Source: Octopus vulgaris
Lineage: Eukaryota
Reading direction: 5' to 3'
NCBI GenBank assembly: GCA_951406725.2
Contig: OX597830.1
Location: forward strand, 2,976,001-3,040,000
DNA length: 64,000 nucleotides
Shown here: one piece after another, positions 1 through 13,667 of the stretch
Layout: every line of letters starts with the position of its first letter
How positions within the stretch are numbered: the first letter of the stretch is position 1
Notes under the pieces: model-generated
What the model saw: the letters and a program-made list of their open reading frames with translations, nothing else
Told to the model about the DNA's origin: nothing
Databases searched by the model: none
Program-made: the position numbers and the translations under genes

Positions 1-92
1 TTCAGTAAAGCCAAAAGGTGCTCAATGAGTCTCTGCAATTCTAGAAACAACCCACTTTATAAATATAAAAAGAAATTAACAAACATTTTCAG

Positions 93-1240
93 CAGGTATG
101 GCTGTGAGGCAAAAAGGTTGCTTCCCAACCACATGGTTCTGGGTTCAGTCCCACTGTGTGGCACCTTAGGCAAGTCGCTTCTACTGTAGCCTCAGGTCAA
201 CCAAAGTTTTGTGCACAGATTTGTTTAATGGAGAGCAAAAGAAGCCTGTTGCATATATATCATCATCATCATCATCATCTTTTAACGTCCGTTTTCCATG
301 CTAGCATGGGTTGGACGGTTCGACCGGGGTCTGCGAAGCCAGGAGGCTGCACCAGGCTCCAGTCTGATTTGGCAGTGTTTCTACAGCTGGATAACCTTCC
401 TAATGCCAACCACTCCATGAGTGTAGTGGGTGCTTTTTACATGCTAGCAGCACAGGGGCCAGATGAGGCTGGCAAATAGCCACAATCGGTTGGTGCTTTT
501 ACATGTCACCAACACAAACACCAGTCAGGTGGCATGGGCATCTGCCACGTTCGGATGGTACTTCTTACGTGTCACCGGCACGGGTATCTTAACTACAATT
601 TCCATTTGATTTTAATTTTGATGTTGGTGTTAATGTACTTGACTCAATAGGTCTCCTCAAGAACAGCGGGTCACTCTACGATCCAAGGTTAGCACAGCAG
701 GTTGTCCTGCAAGCCATGAACTCACTTCATTTGTTGGGTCTTCAAAGTCACAGCATATCTCCAGAAGTCTCAGTCTTTTGTCATAGCCTCTATGAGGTTC
801 AACGTACGAAGGTCAAGCTTGACCACCTCGTCCCATGTCTTCCTGGGTCTACCTCTACCCCGGATTCCTTCAACTGTTTGGGAGTGTCACTTCTTCACAC
901 CTCTCTCCTCATCCATCCATACTACATGACCATACCAACGCAAACGTCACTCCTGCACACTGCATCCGATGATTCTTATGCCCAACAATATATGTATGTG
1001 TGAGTGTGTGTATGTCTTTGTGTCTATGTTTGTCTCCCACCATTGCTTGACAACCGGTGTTGGTGTGCTTACGTCCCTTGTAATTAACGGTCTGGCAAAA
1101 GAGGCTGATAGATTAAGAGTCAGGCTTATAAAAGATAAGTACTGGGGTCAATTCGTTCCACTAAAATAATTCTTTGATGCAGTGCTGCCCCAGCTTGGCC
1201 ACAGTCTAATGATGGAAAGAAGTAAAAGATAAAAGATAAA
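93..1240 (+). mobile_element. tRNA-derived SINE (CORE-like family A), split by an antisense RTE fragment
   Basis: Head 93-255 has A-box-like tggctgtgagg, B-box ggttcagtccc and accttaggcaagt. Tail 990-1240 ends gatggaaagaagtaaaagataaaagata. The same head and tail are contiguous in the copies at 4040-4430 and 6660-7110. Confidence 0.8.
261..985 (-). mobile_element. RTE-clade LINE 3' fragment with (ATG)n tail
   Basis: Minus-strand translation of ~715-980 gives RLRWYGHVVWMDEERGVKK*...GRGRPRKTWDEVVKLDL, the RTE C-terminus, with stops. It is followed by a 3'UTR and an (atg)n tail at 261-278. Confidence 0.85.
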
Positions 1241-2588
1241 TGTACTGATATTTCATTAACCATTTTGTCCAATAATTTACCGATTCTAAGAAATAATATT
1301 GACTTCACTGATATATAAATAAGATCAAGAATTCTTAATGAGAATTATCAAACTTACAAATTTATTAATTACAGATAAATAAATTGAAAACAATAAGGTA
1401 ATATATATAATGTTTTCTGTTTGACTTTCTTGAGTAATAAATAAATAAAAAATGATCAAAAGAATTTAATCAGTGGTAAGTCAATATCTTAAATGTTTTT
1501 GCCCAACAACAAAAAGAACTGGTGAAGAGATGAGCCAATGATGCTATCTCCATGAGGTCGTTTGATCTGCAAGAAATACTAGCTAAATTTCTCTCAAACC
1601 ACACCCTACCATCATAAAAAGGCAAGACTGAATAAGTACACAGAAGCCTAAAGAACACATTGAATGATGTAGTCTTAGATAGATATACAGAAAGAAGGAA
1701 TGGTCTGTCGACTGCCATGTTTAGTTCTATGGTATATTGAATATTATTCTATAAAGTTCTAGCTTGGTTAGCTGGGAACTGAGAATTTGGTCTGGCTCAT
1801 GTTCCCCACAAAACCAATCACACTTTTCCCCGTTTGAATGAATCTTTTTCATCTCCATGTTGACAATACGAAGGCCAACAACCGGAGGCTGTTATGATGA
1901 ATGCCTGTAGCTTGTGTGAGAATGTAGATTTGGCAGGGAGGAAAAACGTAAAACTGCATGTTTGGTGAGGGCAGCGGGGTCTTAACATAGGGTTGAAAAG
2001 TGGCATAGCTACCTGTGAAGCAAGGTAACCTCTACCATCCTCTGCAAGAGCTTGCTCTCCTCTCTCTCTGTGATTTGTATTTCCTGAGAATATCAATTTA
2101 TAACCATCATTTGGTGTGAAACTACAGGCCATTTTCTGTTACTCTCAACACACAAATGTGCCTGAACAGCCATTGGCTAAAATGTAGGCCAAAATTACCT
2201 GAGATATCATTGCTGCCGTCTATTGGGCCGACGCAGTTTCAAACACTAAGTACTGCTACAAAATAAGGATTTCTTTGTTTTTTGATCAAAGATCCTCATT
2301 TCCATAACTATGATCCTCATCTTCCTCCCCCACTCCTCCTGATTACCATCATCATCACAATCATCACATCTTCATCATCATCCTTATATCAATTGTATAA
2401 ATATGATGCATTACTTCATGCTGGGACTTGCATGCAATTCTTTTTGCAATCAACTCCAACTATATTGGTTTCAGCAGGAATTGAACTCAGAGCATGAAGC
2501 CTTACCAAACAATACTACAAGCCATTCGACTGTTTTTACCACTGTATAGCTCTTTTCTTTTCTATAAAACACACACACACACACACAT

Positions 2589-2624
<36 letters not shown>

Positions 2625-3064
2625 TCATTGACTAAATACTTAAACCATTAAGGGAGTTTCTAAAAGACACTGCTAGAAATAACAGCCAAATCTTCTACAA
2701 ATCGTACTGTCTTAGGAAAGCGAAGTACACATTTGATAACGTTGTCCTTGATACACTTTGTCTGAAATGAAATAATTGTTTTGCTTATTTAAGAACAAAT
2801 TAGCAGTTCAGCAAACGAGACCGACAGAATGGGTACTAGGCTTAAAATATAAAACCTGGGGTCTATTTGTTTGACTAAAAGCCATAGAGGCGGTGCCCCA
2901 GCATGGCTGCGGTCAAATGACTGACACAAGTAAAAGAATAAAAGATTATATATATTTACATACACACACACACACACACATATACACACATATATACAGT
3001 GTGCATGAGAGAGTGAGAGGGAGAGGAAGAAATAGATAGCTTCATAAATAGATAGATATCATGT

Positions 3065-3101
<37 letters not shown>

Positions 3102-4039
3102 GTCCATGTGTGTGTGTGTGTGTGCGTGTGTCCATGTGTGTGTGTGTGTGTGTGTGTGCGTGTGTGTAAATATTTAATCCCTAATAGGCTGACAAAATGT
3201 ATTTTGTTGGATTAAATATTTATTTCCCTCTCAGATATATCTTTGTATACTTCATTCTAAGTGGCCAGACACAACTTCTATTTGAACTTGTCACCCTCTG
3301 GAATATGTGTGTGTCTCTGTGTGTATTTCTTGTATGTGTACATGAGTGTGGATGTGCATGTGTGTGTATACACACAGAGACAGACACATAAACACACACA
3401 TACATACATATATAAATATATATATTATTCAGTTATATAAATATATATATATATAGTTACACACTTACTTTCTTTTTGTGCAGTGATATAAAATGCCATG
3501 GCTAGATTGTTCTTCCCTTACTTTTTGCTGGATGTGTGGACATCAAACAACCTTTTCGGGTTCCATAATTTATGCAACTCAGCAGCAGAGAAGAAGCAAA
3601 AAAAAACACAGCCACGCCTCTATTTCCTTTGGAAATTAAAGGAATTCAGATTGATCAATGATGCATGACAGGACTTTTACTACTGTGAGGTTGAGTCAAT
3701 TGTTACAAACCCATTTATTGCATGGTTCACTAACCTCACCAGCCAAGTGTGTAAATCTCTTGTAAACATTGTGTTCTGCTGTTCTCTGCAAATCTGATGA
3801 CATATACCACACATGACTGCCCTTCAACGCTCTGCACAGAGATGACACAAGCAATCCTGCTGCTGAACTATTCAATTCACTCTTATTCGTGCTTTTCATT
3901 GGGACCTTTAAAAACATGAAGCAACAAGTTCAGAACAACCACACACTTTACACTTCCATGCATTCTGCCTGCCCTGAATCCTGGCAGCTCAATCATCCAG
4001 AAAGCTCTTCCAATACTCTGCTATCAATTCAGCCTCTGT

Positions 4040-4430
4040 ATTTTATCTTTTATTTGTTTCAGTCATTAGACTGCGGCCATTCTAGGGCACTGCCTTGAAG
4101 AACTTTTAGTTGAATGAATCGATCCCAGCACTTGCATATTCGTTTAAGGTTGATACTTATTCTATCAGTCTCTTTTGCCAAACTGTTAAGTTACAGGGAC
4201 ATAAACGAACCAACATTGGTCATCAGGCAATGGTGGGGGTCAAACACAAATATAAACACACACACACACACATGGTGGCCTTCTTTCATTTTCCATCTAC
4301 CAAACCCTCTCACAAGTGTTTGGTTGACCCGAGGCCCTAGTAGAAGAGACTCACCTAGGGTGCCATGCAATGGGACTGAACCCAGAACCATGTGATTGGG
4401 AAGTATCTAACCACAACACAGCTATGCCTA
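4040..4430 (-). mobile_element. tRNA-derived SINE family A, full length
   Basis: Reverse complement matches the head and tail of 93-1240; central (CA)n tract. Confidence 0.8.
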
Positions 4431-5648
4431 TGCTTATTATTTGTCTTGTGTTTATCAACTTCTTTTATCTGACCTCAATTAAACTACGTTTCAATGTATG
4501 TTCCACAATACATGATACACAATTATAAATCTTGTCTTTTCTTGTCAGATCATTGATTAGTTTCATTTAGACATTCTCTTGTGTTTTTTAGACTCTGATA
4601 CTTGCAACAAGTTAAAGTGCAGACAAGAAACCCCTGTCTCTATTGTTGAGAAGAGTTTTTAATTCAAAGCCATTATATATTTCCAGTAAAACATTAATTT
4701 AAATTGGATAAACTATTAACTTCAACTTACGAGATAAAAACATTTGATACATCAATACTACATTTTGATTGGTTTCATTGCTAAATCGCATCATCATAGT
4801 CGCCATCACCATCATCATCATCTTCATTGTCATCATCATCATTTTATACCTTCTTTCTGTGGCAGCAAGAGTTCGATGTTTCAGTGGAATCTGGCAATTC
4901 AAAGGACCACATCTCGTTCTAATATTTCAGTTTTCACTTGATTTCTATGACTGAATGACCTTTCAAATTCCAAACATTTTACAGAGTTTATTGGGTTTTT
5001 TTCCTCATGGCCTCAGCAGTAACAAAGCCCTCACATAACTTTCAAGATTGAGAGGAAGGACCAAAGATTAGGATGGATTAGGAAGGTATTCAGAGGTGAA
5101 TGATCATGGTAGGGAAACAAGAGCAAGTTTAGTGTTTAGGACAGAGATTCCAATATACACATGCATATACGATGATTAGAATTTAATGCAATCAATATCT
5201 AGTGAAGATGCAAATTTTGAAACTATAAACTTTATCTCTTTTAATGAGGTCAATGGTTTGTAAAGTTATAACCTTAACATATTGTCTGAGATATTTTGGC
5301 ATTAATACAAATTTCTGGAGATGATGATTTCAACCAGTTTTGTATCACGAGTTAAAAAAACATGCCACGCACAAGAAGAGTGCATTTTCATCATATTGTG
5401 TGTGTGGGGAGGGGGATATATACATATATGTATGTATATAAGATCATACCTCAAATGACGATTTAAAAATCAATAGAATTCTAAAGTTAGTATTAGTTTG
5501 CTAGCATGTTTTAATCTTATATACACATACATATTTATATACATACATGCATGCTCTCACACACACACACATACTTGAGTACCATACTGGATAAACTGAC
5601 ACTAACTTGCAAATTCTATAGATTTTAAACACACTATCATTTTAAGTA

Positions 5649-5685
<37 letters not shown>

Positions 5686-6659
5686 TATAAGTGTATGTAT
5701 ATATATAAGTGTATGTATATACATAATGTATATTATATATGTAGAATGAGTGTGTATCTAAGCTAAATGCAATATTTTTGTAAAAGTAAAAATAAAATTA
5801 AAATGAAAATTGCATTAGAATTGAATCGTGTCAGTTTTTCTTTTCACAGGAAATATAATAAAATGAAGTTTCATTTTTTTTTCTCTTTATTAAGTACAAT
5901 CAGTGTGAACATAGAGTTTTCTAGCATTAAACTGGTTTATTATGAAAGTTTCACTTCCACACAAATGGAAATCATGTAGCTTAGCACAAGTGACATAGCA
6001 AAATTTGTAAAACCAATGTGATTCCAGGAAAATATTGTAAATATATCCTCTTGGTTTGTATTGTGAATGTTTTTTTTCCTTCATTCCTATTTACTTGTAT
6101 TAAACAACTGTTAACATTTTAATACTTCAAAATGTGCTAATACTACTTCAAAATATTTATAAAGCATTAAAAATAGTGCTGTTTTCAATATAAATATTAA
6201 AAAAAAGCCTTAAAAAAACATTTTGAAATATGTGTTTAGCTTTAATTATGTTAGACTTCTCCAAAATCTCATTTTAGCTGAAATTAAACATTAAATGCTT
6301 TAATTTGAAATCGAACAAGAGTGAGTCCTGCTGAGGAGACAGTGTCTGTTAATTGCTGGCTTAATGAATCACTGCACAATTAGTTTGCTGCTATAAAATT
6401 TTAGATTTGCAATGATTGTAACTTCTCTTAGTCGTTCTGGTCACTGGACTGTGGCCATACTGGGGCAAATATCAAACTTCTTTCATCATATACGGGGAAA
6501 TTAGACGTGGTTCATTTCTTTTGTAAACATATTTTTAATCAGTTATAGACAAACTCATGGTTTCCAGTTCAGCCCCGCTGTTTGGCTGTCTTTAGCTTTA
6601 GCCAAGGGCCAACCTATGCCATGTACTGGCTGACAAATAGTGAGCTGCATTTGTCTATC

Positions 6660-7110
6660 TTTGCTCTTATACTTTTTTCAGTCAGTTGACTGTGGCCATG
6701 CTGGGGCACTGCCTTGAAGAATGTTTAGTTGAGTGAATCAACTCCAGTGGTTTTTCTTTTTTTTAAACCTGGTACTTATTCTATCAATCTTTTTTGCCAA
6801 ACCACTAACTTATGGGGATGTAAACACACCAACACTGGTTGTCAAGCAGGAGTGGGGGACAAACACAAACATACGCATATATATATTCTTTCTTTTATTC
6901 TTTTACTTGTTTCAAGTCATTTGACTGTGGCCATGTTGGAACACTGCCTTAATATAAAAGATGGGCTTCTTTCAGTTTCCATCAACCAAATTCACTCACA
7001 AGGCTTATGGTTATCCCAAGACTATAGTAGAACATATTTGCCCAAGGAGACTGAACCCAGAACCATGTGGTTGAGAAACAAGCTTCTTACCACACAGCCA
7101 CACCTGCACC
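6660..7110 (-). mobile_element. tRNA-derived SINE family A with partially duplicated tail
   Basis: gactgtggccatg tail motif occurs twice (~6688, ~6923); head ...ctgaacccagaaccatgtggttgagaaacaagcttcttaccacacagccacacctgc. Confidence 0.75.
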
Positions 7111-7116
7111 TATGCA

Positions 7117-8700
7117 CACTGAACTGCAAAAGAAATGCGGTTTTATCGAATGTCATTTTTTTAATGGTAAATTCTGAAAATTTATTTCAGGGATGTAAGT
7201 GTAAATATTCCAAGACATGCTGGTTTATGGCTGAGACCTAAATTGCAGGTAACCTTTCAACTTTCCCTGAAACAAGACGCCAAAATACAGCTGCATTGAA
7301 TGTTGTGGGTGGCAGTTGCAAACAATTGTCATGAAAACTGAAATGCACATGCATCTTGTAGAGGTTATGGGGGATAAAAAATCAACTTGAACTGCATTCT
7401 TGGCAGTTCAAGTAATTTGGATGCATCAGGTATGACTCGATTGTCAGCAGCGCAGAGAGAAGAAGCTATTAGCCGATTGCAAGCAGAAGCAGCATGCCCT
7501 GGTTGTTGCAAAAGCTTACAATGTCCATGTCAGCATCATCTATCACCTGCAACAGAGATACAACAACACCAATAGCACTGCAGGCCATGTCCTCACAGGG
7601 TGCCTCTGGGTGACCACGCCCAGGCAAGACCGCTTCATCCACCTGCAACACTTCTGTGATCGCTTCAGACTGGTCAGCATGACAGCTCATGAGACCATCA
7701 GCACTGGACAACAACTCCTCAGCGACGACACAGTACATCAACTGGCTGCCAACAACCTGCTTTGCCATCATCCTACTTGAGGACCTGTCCTCACTGTCCA
7801 CCACTGTCAGGCATGACTACAGTGGGCTATACAGCATCAGCATTGGAGGTCGATAGTCTTCTCTAACGAGAGACGTTATTGTGTTTCCACCTTGGATGGC
7901 AGAGTGAGGGTTTGGTGTTGGAGGGGTGAATGCTAGAGACACATGTGTCATGGAGAGAGACACATGACATGGTCAAAGCATCATGGTTTGGGGTGTTACA
8001 GACTTGAATCAGAGAATTGGGCCCCATGCATTCCAAAATGTTGGTGCAAGCAGAGGGAATGGCATCACAGTGCAGTGCTACTTTGACCATATTCTAAGAC
8101 TTCACATCGTGCCCTTCTTCACGCATCACCATAGCTACATGTTTCAGCAAGACAAAGCTCGCTCCCACACAGCCAGGGTCACAATGGACTTCTTGTGTCA
8201 GCACAACATCAGAACCATCCTAGAGCCGGTTCTCAGCCTGAAATTGAACCCAACTGAACACCTGTGGGATGAAATTCAGAGACAGCTGAACCAGGTGGTC
8301 TCAAGGCCGACAACACATGTGGAATTGGAGGCAGCTTTCCTCAATCTGTGGGCACAGGTGTCTGCCTCATGACCATTTTGAACACCTAGGGAGTGCATAT
8401 ACGGTATTGAACATGTCACACCCTACAATCTCGATGTGCTGGATCCACCCACTACCAGAACACATGACAATGACCCATAGACTGTGGTCAAAGTGCATCC
8501 AAGAAATTGACCTTATCAGATTTATTAAAATTTGTCTCTGACATAATGAAATTAAAACATATTTCACAGTCACACATGTCTCACATGGTTCAGTCTATGT
8601 CAGACTATTTCAGCCTTGTTTTGGCAGCGTTTATAGTTTTGAAGGGACAGAAGATATTATCGCAGCTTTTGCCATTTTTGATCAAAGTAAATTTTCTCAA
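7117..8700 (+). mobile_element. Decayed Tc1-like DNA transposon
   Basis: Starts cactgaactgcaaaagaaatgc and contains a transposase remnant; right end uncertain. Confidence 0.7.
7432..8372 (+). pseudogene. Tc1 (DD34E) transposase pseudogene
   Basis: N-terminus MTRLSAAQREEAISRLQA; ORF 7983-8372 has VMVWG-like motif and FQQDKARSHTA...LNPTEHLW with exactly 34 residues between D and E; several frameshifts. Confidence 0.85.
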
Positions 8701-9142
8701 TATGTCTTGCAAAACTATTCTACTACTTTCAATCCATGACCATCTTTTTTATAACCAGAGATATATAAATCTTCTCTTTGCCCTTTCCTGGATTATCTCA
8801 TGTGACAAAGAAATGCTAATGACTTTCACAAAATTCACTCACCTACGTATTTTCCCCCTGCCCTTTTACCTGTGATCGATCTAAAGATTCTATCTGTCCA
8901 TTTTGTAGTAAGGAAAGGTTTCTCTTCATACAGCTCAAATTTCAATGTGTGTAAATAATATTTTAAAAGTTTGCTTCACAAACTTCTCTTTTCTGTTGTC
9001 TGCCCTCAGGGATCAAGAACAGGCTTTCTTAAGGCATTTACCATTTTGTTTTTTCAACTACTCCAAAGAAAATTTCATTTGGTAAAGCGTCAATACTATT
9101 TGTTTCAAAGGGAGAAGCAAACATCTTCACATAATGAGAGTC

Positions 9143-9179
<37 letters not shown>

Positions 9180-9282
9180 GTAATGATGACGACGATGATG
9201 ATGATTGCCAAAGAGAGTGTAGAAGGTTTGAGAGAGATTTGGTTTGTAGAAATAGTACAGTATATTTATGCTGAAAGCAAGT

Positions 9283-9567
9283 GAGAAGGGTAGACAGAAA
9301 CAGAGAGAAGGGGAGAAAGGGAGAGAGAGAAGGGAAGGGGAGAGAGAGAAGGGAAGGGGAGAGAGAGGGGAATGAGAAGGGGATAGAAAGAAGGGGGAGA
9401 GCGAGAAGAGGGAATGAGAGAGAAGGGGAGAGAGAGAGAAGGGGTAGAGAGAGAAGGGGAAAGAGAACAGAGGGAGAGAAAAGGGGAGAGAGAAGGGAGG
9501 AGAGAGAAGGGAGGAGAGAGAGAGAGGGGGAGAGAGAAGGTAGGGAAAGAGAAGGTGGGGAGAGAGC
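9283..9567. repeat. Polypurine (GA-rich) low-complexity tract
   Basis: ~285 bp almost entirely G/A on the + strand; adjacent (AAT)n at 9143-9178. Confidence 0.95.
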
Positions 9568-10228
9568 ATACAATCAGTGTCACAACCATCTGTTAGAGAA
9601 ATTTGGTGCTTCTCTGAAAAGAGAAAATGCTCCAAAATTTGAACTCCAAAGCCATGAGGCTTTAATTTAATATTCTCTTCCATTGAATGTGTTTGTGTTC
9701 TGAAGGTTTTGAGGGCAAAACTGTATCATTTGTTGTGTTTCCACAGTTTCACTCTTCATCAATATTCTCAGCACATCCTTCAAGATTATTGCCTCGAGTC
9801 AGTGATGGAGCCTCTATATGGTCATTCCACTTAATAGAAACAGCAACGAAATCCAACTCAACTGAGACTCTACAGTCTTTGTAAAAGAAAGATGACGTTA
9901 GATTATAGAATCTGAGATAACAAGAAATCTATGGGAATGTCATGGCTGGAATTCCTTCAGTTACAAACTTTTTAAATCTGGGTTATTTAGAATAAACAAC
10001 AGCTGTAACAAGAACAACACAATCATCAAACAAGTATTAAAGCAATTTGGCTGATCAAAATAGCAGAGATAGCAGCCAAATCACTCTCAAATCACACTAT
10101 GCTGTCTTAATGAAGGACACATACACTAAGTATGAATACAATATGGGATGGTCACAATTGGAAAACATGATGATTGGTCTGTTAGATTAAGGCAGAACTA
10201 GGGCCAAACAACAGCACCAACATCAAAT

Positions 10229-10283
10229 TACCACCACCACCACCACCACCACCATCACCACCACCACCACCACCACCACCACC
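10229..10283. repeat. (ACC)n microsatellite
   Basis: Directly visible. Confidence 0.95.
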
Positions 10284-11225
10284 ACCACCACCACCACCAC
10301 CACTGCATCATTATAACGACCATCACTACCTTGATTACAACTAGAATGACCACTATTACCCTTGCTAAGAATATCCCCACTTAAAGATCGAGCCGTTACC
10401 TAACTTATCAAGGAATCCTAACATGTATATAATTAAGATTCAGCTTTTAGCTATTTTATAATTCTCTCCTCTGTTGGGAGTAATTATGTTTTAAAATTAG
10501 AATTACGATTTAAGACAAACATTTTGCAGTTTCTACAGTTTGGGATAAATAAATTTATTAGTAAATGTAAATTTATATATTTCCATCTTATCTTTTAAAT
10601 GTAAAATTAAGTTAAATGTGTTGGACATTTCGAAAAACTACCTCAAAATAATGATGATGGTAAAAGAGAATTGGTCAGAATTAATAATTGTCCTCTCTAG
10701 GTTGATAAATTTAACGGGGTTGATAAATTAAGTATCAGTTGCATACTGGGGTCGATCAAAACAATTGGCCCCTCCCCAAATATTTTGGGCCTTGGACCTA
10801 GAGTAGAAAAGAATATTAGTAATTAAAAAGTGACTGGAACCACCTCTTCACTTGTGTCCCGGATTTAAATGACAATAAGAGCATCTTTGCTTTTTATCCC
10901 CCACCTCAGTGTCAGTAAATAAAACACCAGTCAAATACATAGGCCAACTCACCTCTCACCTCTCTCTTTCATCTTCTTTCCCTCCTTCTTACTCTCTCAA
11001 ACATGTTAAGCTGTCCTTTGAGACAGTCATAGAAGAACTACACACTATGCTCCCATCTTTAAAAGAATAATAAAGGAGAAATGAGTTTGGGGTTAATATA
11101 GGTTTCCCATTATCTAGAGCAGCAGTTCCCAATCGATTTTTGGCCTCACAGAATCATTTCTAAAATCCTGATGACCCCTTGTGATATTTAATTTTTGTTA
11201 TTCAAAATTTGGTTAATGTTTACAA

Positions 11226-11815
11226 TATTACCCGGAAACTAAATAAACGAAAAAATAGTGAAATGGATGTAAAAAGAAATGTGTAGGAAACGAATATGAA
11301 ATAAATGTGTGGAAAGCAACGATAGGGGAGAGAACTTCGGAAAATTCATAAGATCTGAGATTTCCCCTCATAACTTTTAGGAAAATGTTTTTTTTTTTTT
11401 TTAATGAAATTTTGTATAAATACCTTTCAACCGACATAGATTACGATTATAAATAAATTTGTAGGAAAACTTTTTCCAAGGGGTGAGGAGAGGACTTTTG
11501 GAAAATTCACAAGATCCGAGTTTTTCCTTCATAACTTGGAGACTGTTTATCGTGGATGGCGAGTATAAATCCAAATTTTAAATATTCCTCTGAAAATTGA
11601 TGAACTTTTTTTTACTTGAACAATTCATTTTATGTATTTTTGAATCGGTATAACTACAGATTTGTGAGACCCCGACTTTGGATGATGATCATAACTTTGA
11701 GAAAAATGGATTTAATGAAATTGTCTACTCGTAAATTTCTACCACACACACACACACATATATGTAATTAAAAAAGTTCAAATGAGGAATTATTCCATTC
11801 AATATTATAGAGATT
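11226..11815 (-). mobile_element. Probable non-autonomous Helitron-like element
   Basis: Ends ...cacacac...attcaatattatagagat (reverse: ATCTCTATAATA, Helitron-like 5' end next to a microsatellite); internal duplicated block ggaaaattca..agatc.gag.ttt.cc.tcataact at ~11340 and ~11500. Confidence 0.4.
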
Positions 11816-12191
11816 ATTGTTGTGATTTTGATTGTCTCCATTGCTTTTTATAGGCCTGCACTGCGACTGCGCGGAGTTCTGTTATGTTTGCAGACGACAT
11901 GTTCAGCGTTGATTTTAGTCGAGAATGGAGAAACTCGCTGTATAAAAAATGTTTAGTTTTGCTTACAATTTGGCAATCTTCGTTTGTATTGTATATTGCT
12001 GTATTTTTAGTCGATTAAAACCTTTTAAACTTTGATATTCGAGTTTAGGTTTATAACAATTATGTAACAAATTATGCTTTACACTTCTATATTTAACTGT
12101 GCGTGTATATTCCTTAATCTTGCTTCTGATGTCTTCTGCCTTTCTATTAGAAACGTTTACCTGGGAATTTACTTAAAGTGAAATAAAATCG

Positions 12192-12982
12192 GGATCTTTT
12201 CAGTTTGAATGGCAGTTTTTTCTAGCGGTGTCATATGAAGTTGTCACCCATAATTATGACCCTAGTATCAATCTATTGCATTTCAATCTGTTTTAGGGTT
12301 AGAGGTGGAGGGAAGGGTATCTTTTTTCTTCACAAATGTAAATAAACCCAATCTTGATCTTTTCGGTTTGAACGGAAGTTTTTAACATAATTTCTAGGTA
12401 ACTAAAAAAATTTTAACTTCGTATACTGGTAGAATGTGTTTATAAAACATCTTTTCCTCTTGGCTTTATTGAGAAAATTTTATAGTTTGTAAGATATTCT
12501 TCAATTTCTGCAATTTCAACCAATCAATGACCTCCATTGGGGTAAAAAACATTCTGTGCTGTATGAATATGTCCCTTGCTTAAGAAACAGATTGGGGGAT
12601 CTTTTCGGTTTGAACGGCAGTTTTTCTAGCGGTGTCATATGAAATTGTCACCCATAATTATGACCCCAGGGTTAAGGTTAGTTAGGGTTAGGGGTGGGGG
12701 AAAGGGTATCTTTTTTTCCTCAGAAATGTAAATAAACCCAATCTGTTTCTTAGATGAAGGACATATTCATTCCGCACAGAATGTTTTCACCTCAATATAT
12801 ATCATTTATTGGTTGAAATGGCAGAAATTGAAGAAAAAAAACAACAAATATCTTACAAACTATAGAATTTTCTCAATAAAGGCAAGATGTTTTATAAACT
12901 CATTCTACCGGTATACAAAGTTTAAAAGTGTTTAGTTACGTGGAAATTATGTCAAAAACTGCCATTCAAACCAAAAAGATTC
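12192..12982. mobile_element. Rearranged dimer of a GG-terminal MITE (Merlin- or Mutator-like): A, inverted B, A, B
   Basis: TIR ggatcttttcggtttgaacggcagttttt at 12192, 12355, 12597 and in reverse ending 12982; internal TTAGGG-like repeats. Confidence 0.8.
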
Positions 12983-13407
12983 TACCATTCAATTCTTTCA
13001 TCTCTCACCCCCGAACACCATTTTATTGCCATATTCTTCTACAGCACCACATTCTCCTTGTGTACCTGGATCTTTTGTCGCCAGAGATAAAAGACTCTCA
13101 GACACACCTGCACACAGAAGTCTGTCTCCAGTTTATTCCTCCAGAGGGAATTAAGATGGCATTGCATTCTGTACTGACCGGTTCTATACTACATGCACAC
13201 ACACACACACACACACACACACTCGTAATTACCTGCATGTTTTCACATACCACTAAATCGAAGGAAATAATCTATTCTCTCTTTAGTGACATCAGATCTT
13301 ATGAATATGAGGAAAAAACGTCTCTGAAGTATTAAAAAATTTTGGGATGTAAAGAATTTATTTTTTAATAACTCATTCTCGAATTGCCCCCTTTCTCTTT
13401 TGGTATA

Positions 13408-13625
13408 CTCATCGTTTAACGTCCATTTTCCCTGCTGGCATGGGTTGGATGCTTTCACTGAGAACTGGCAAGCCAGGAAGGAGACTGCACCGGGCTCCAG
13501 GCTGATCTGGATGCCCTTCCTAATGTCAACCACTCCAGGAGTGTAGTGGATGCTTTTTACGTGCCACTAGCATGGGAGTCAGTCAGGTGGCACTGGCATT
13601 GGCCATGTTCAGATGATGCTTTTAA
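13408..13625 (-). mobile_element. RTE-type 3' tail fragment
   Basis: catcgtttaacgtccattttcc...gcatgggttgga matches 270-460; similar remnants at 26365-26570, 38980-39110 and 42975-43205. Confidence 0.75.
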
Positions 13626-13630
13626 CATGT

Positions 13631-13667
<37 letters not shown>

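Noticed and set aside
9038-9124. LRR/F-box-like peptide NSIDALPNEIFFG on the minus strand
   Set aside because: Single short motif continuous with a microsatellite, no acceptor; likely chance.
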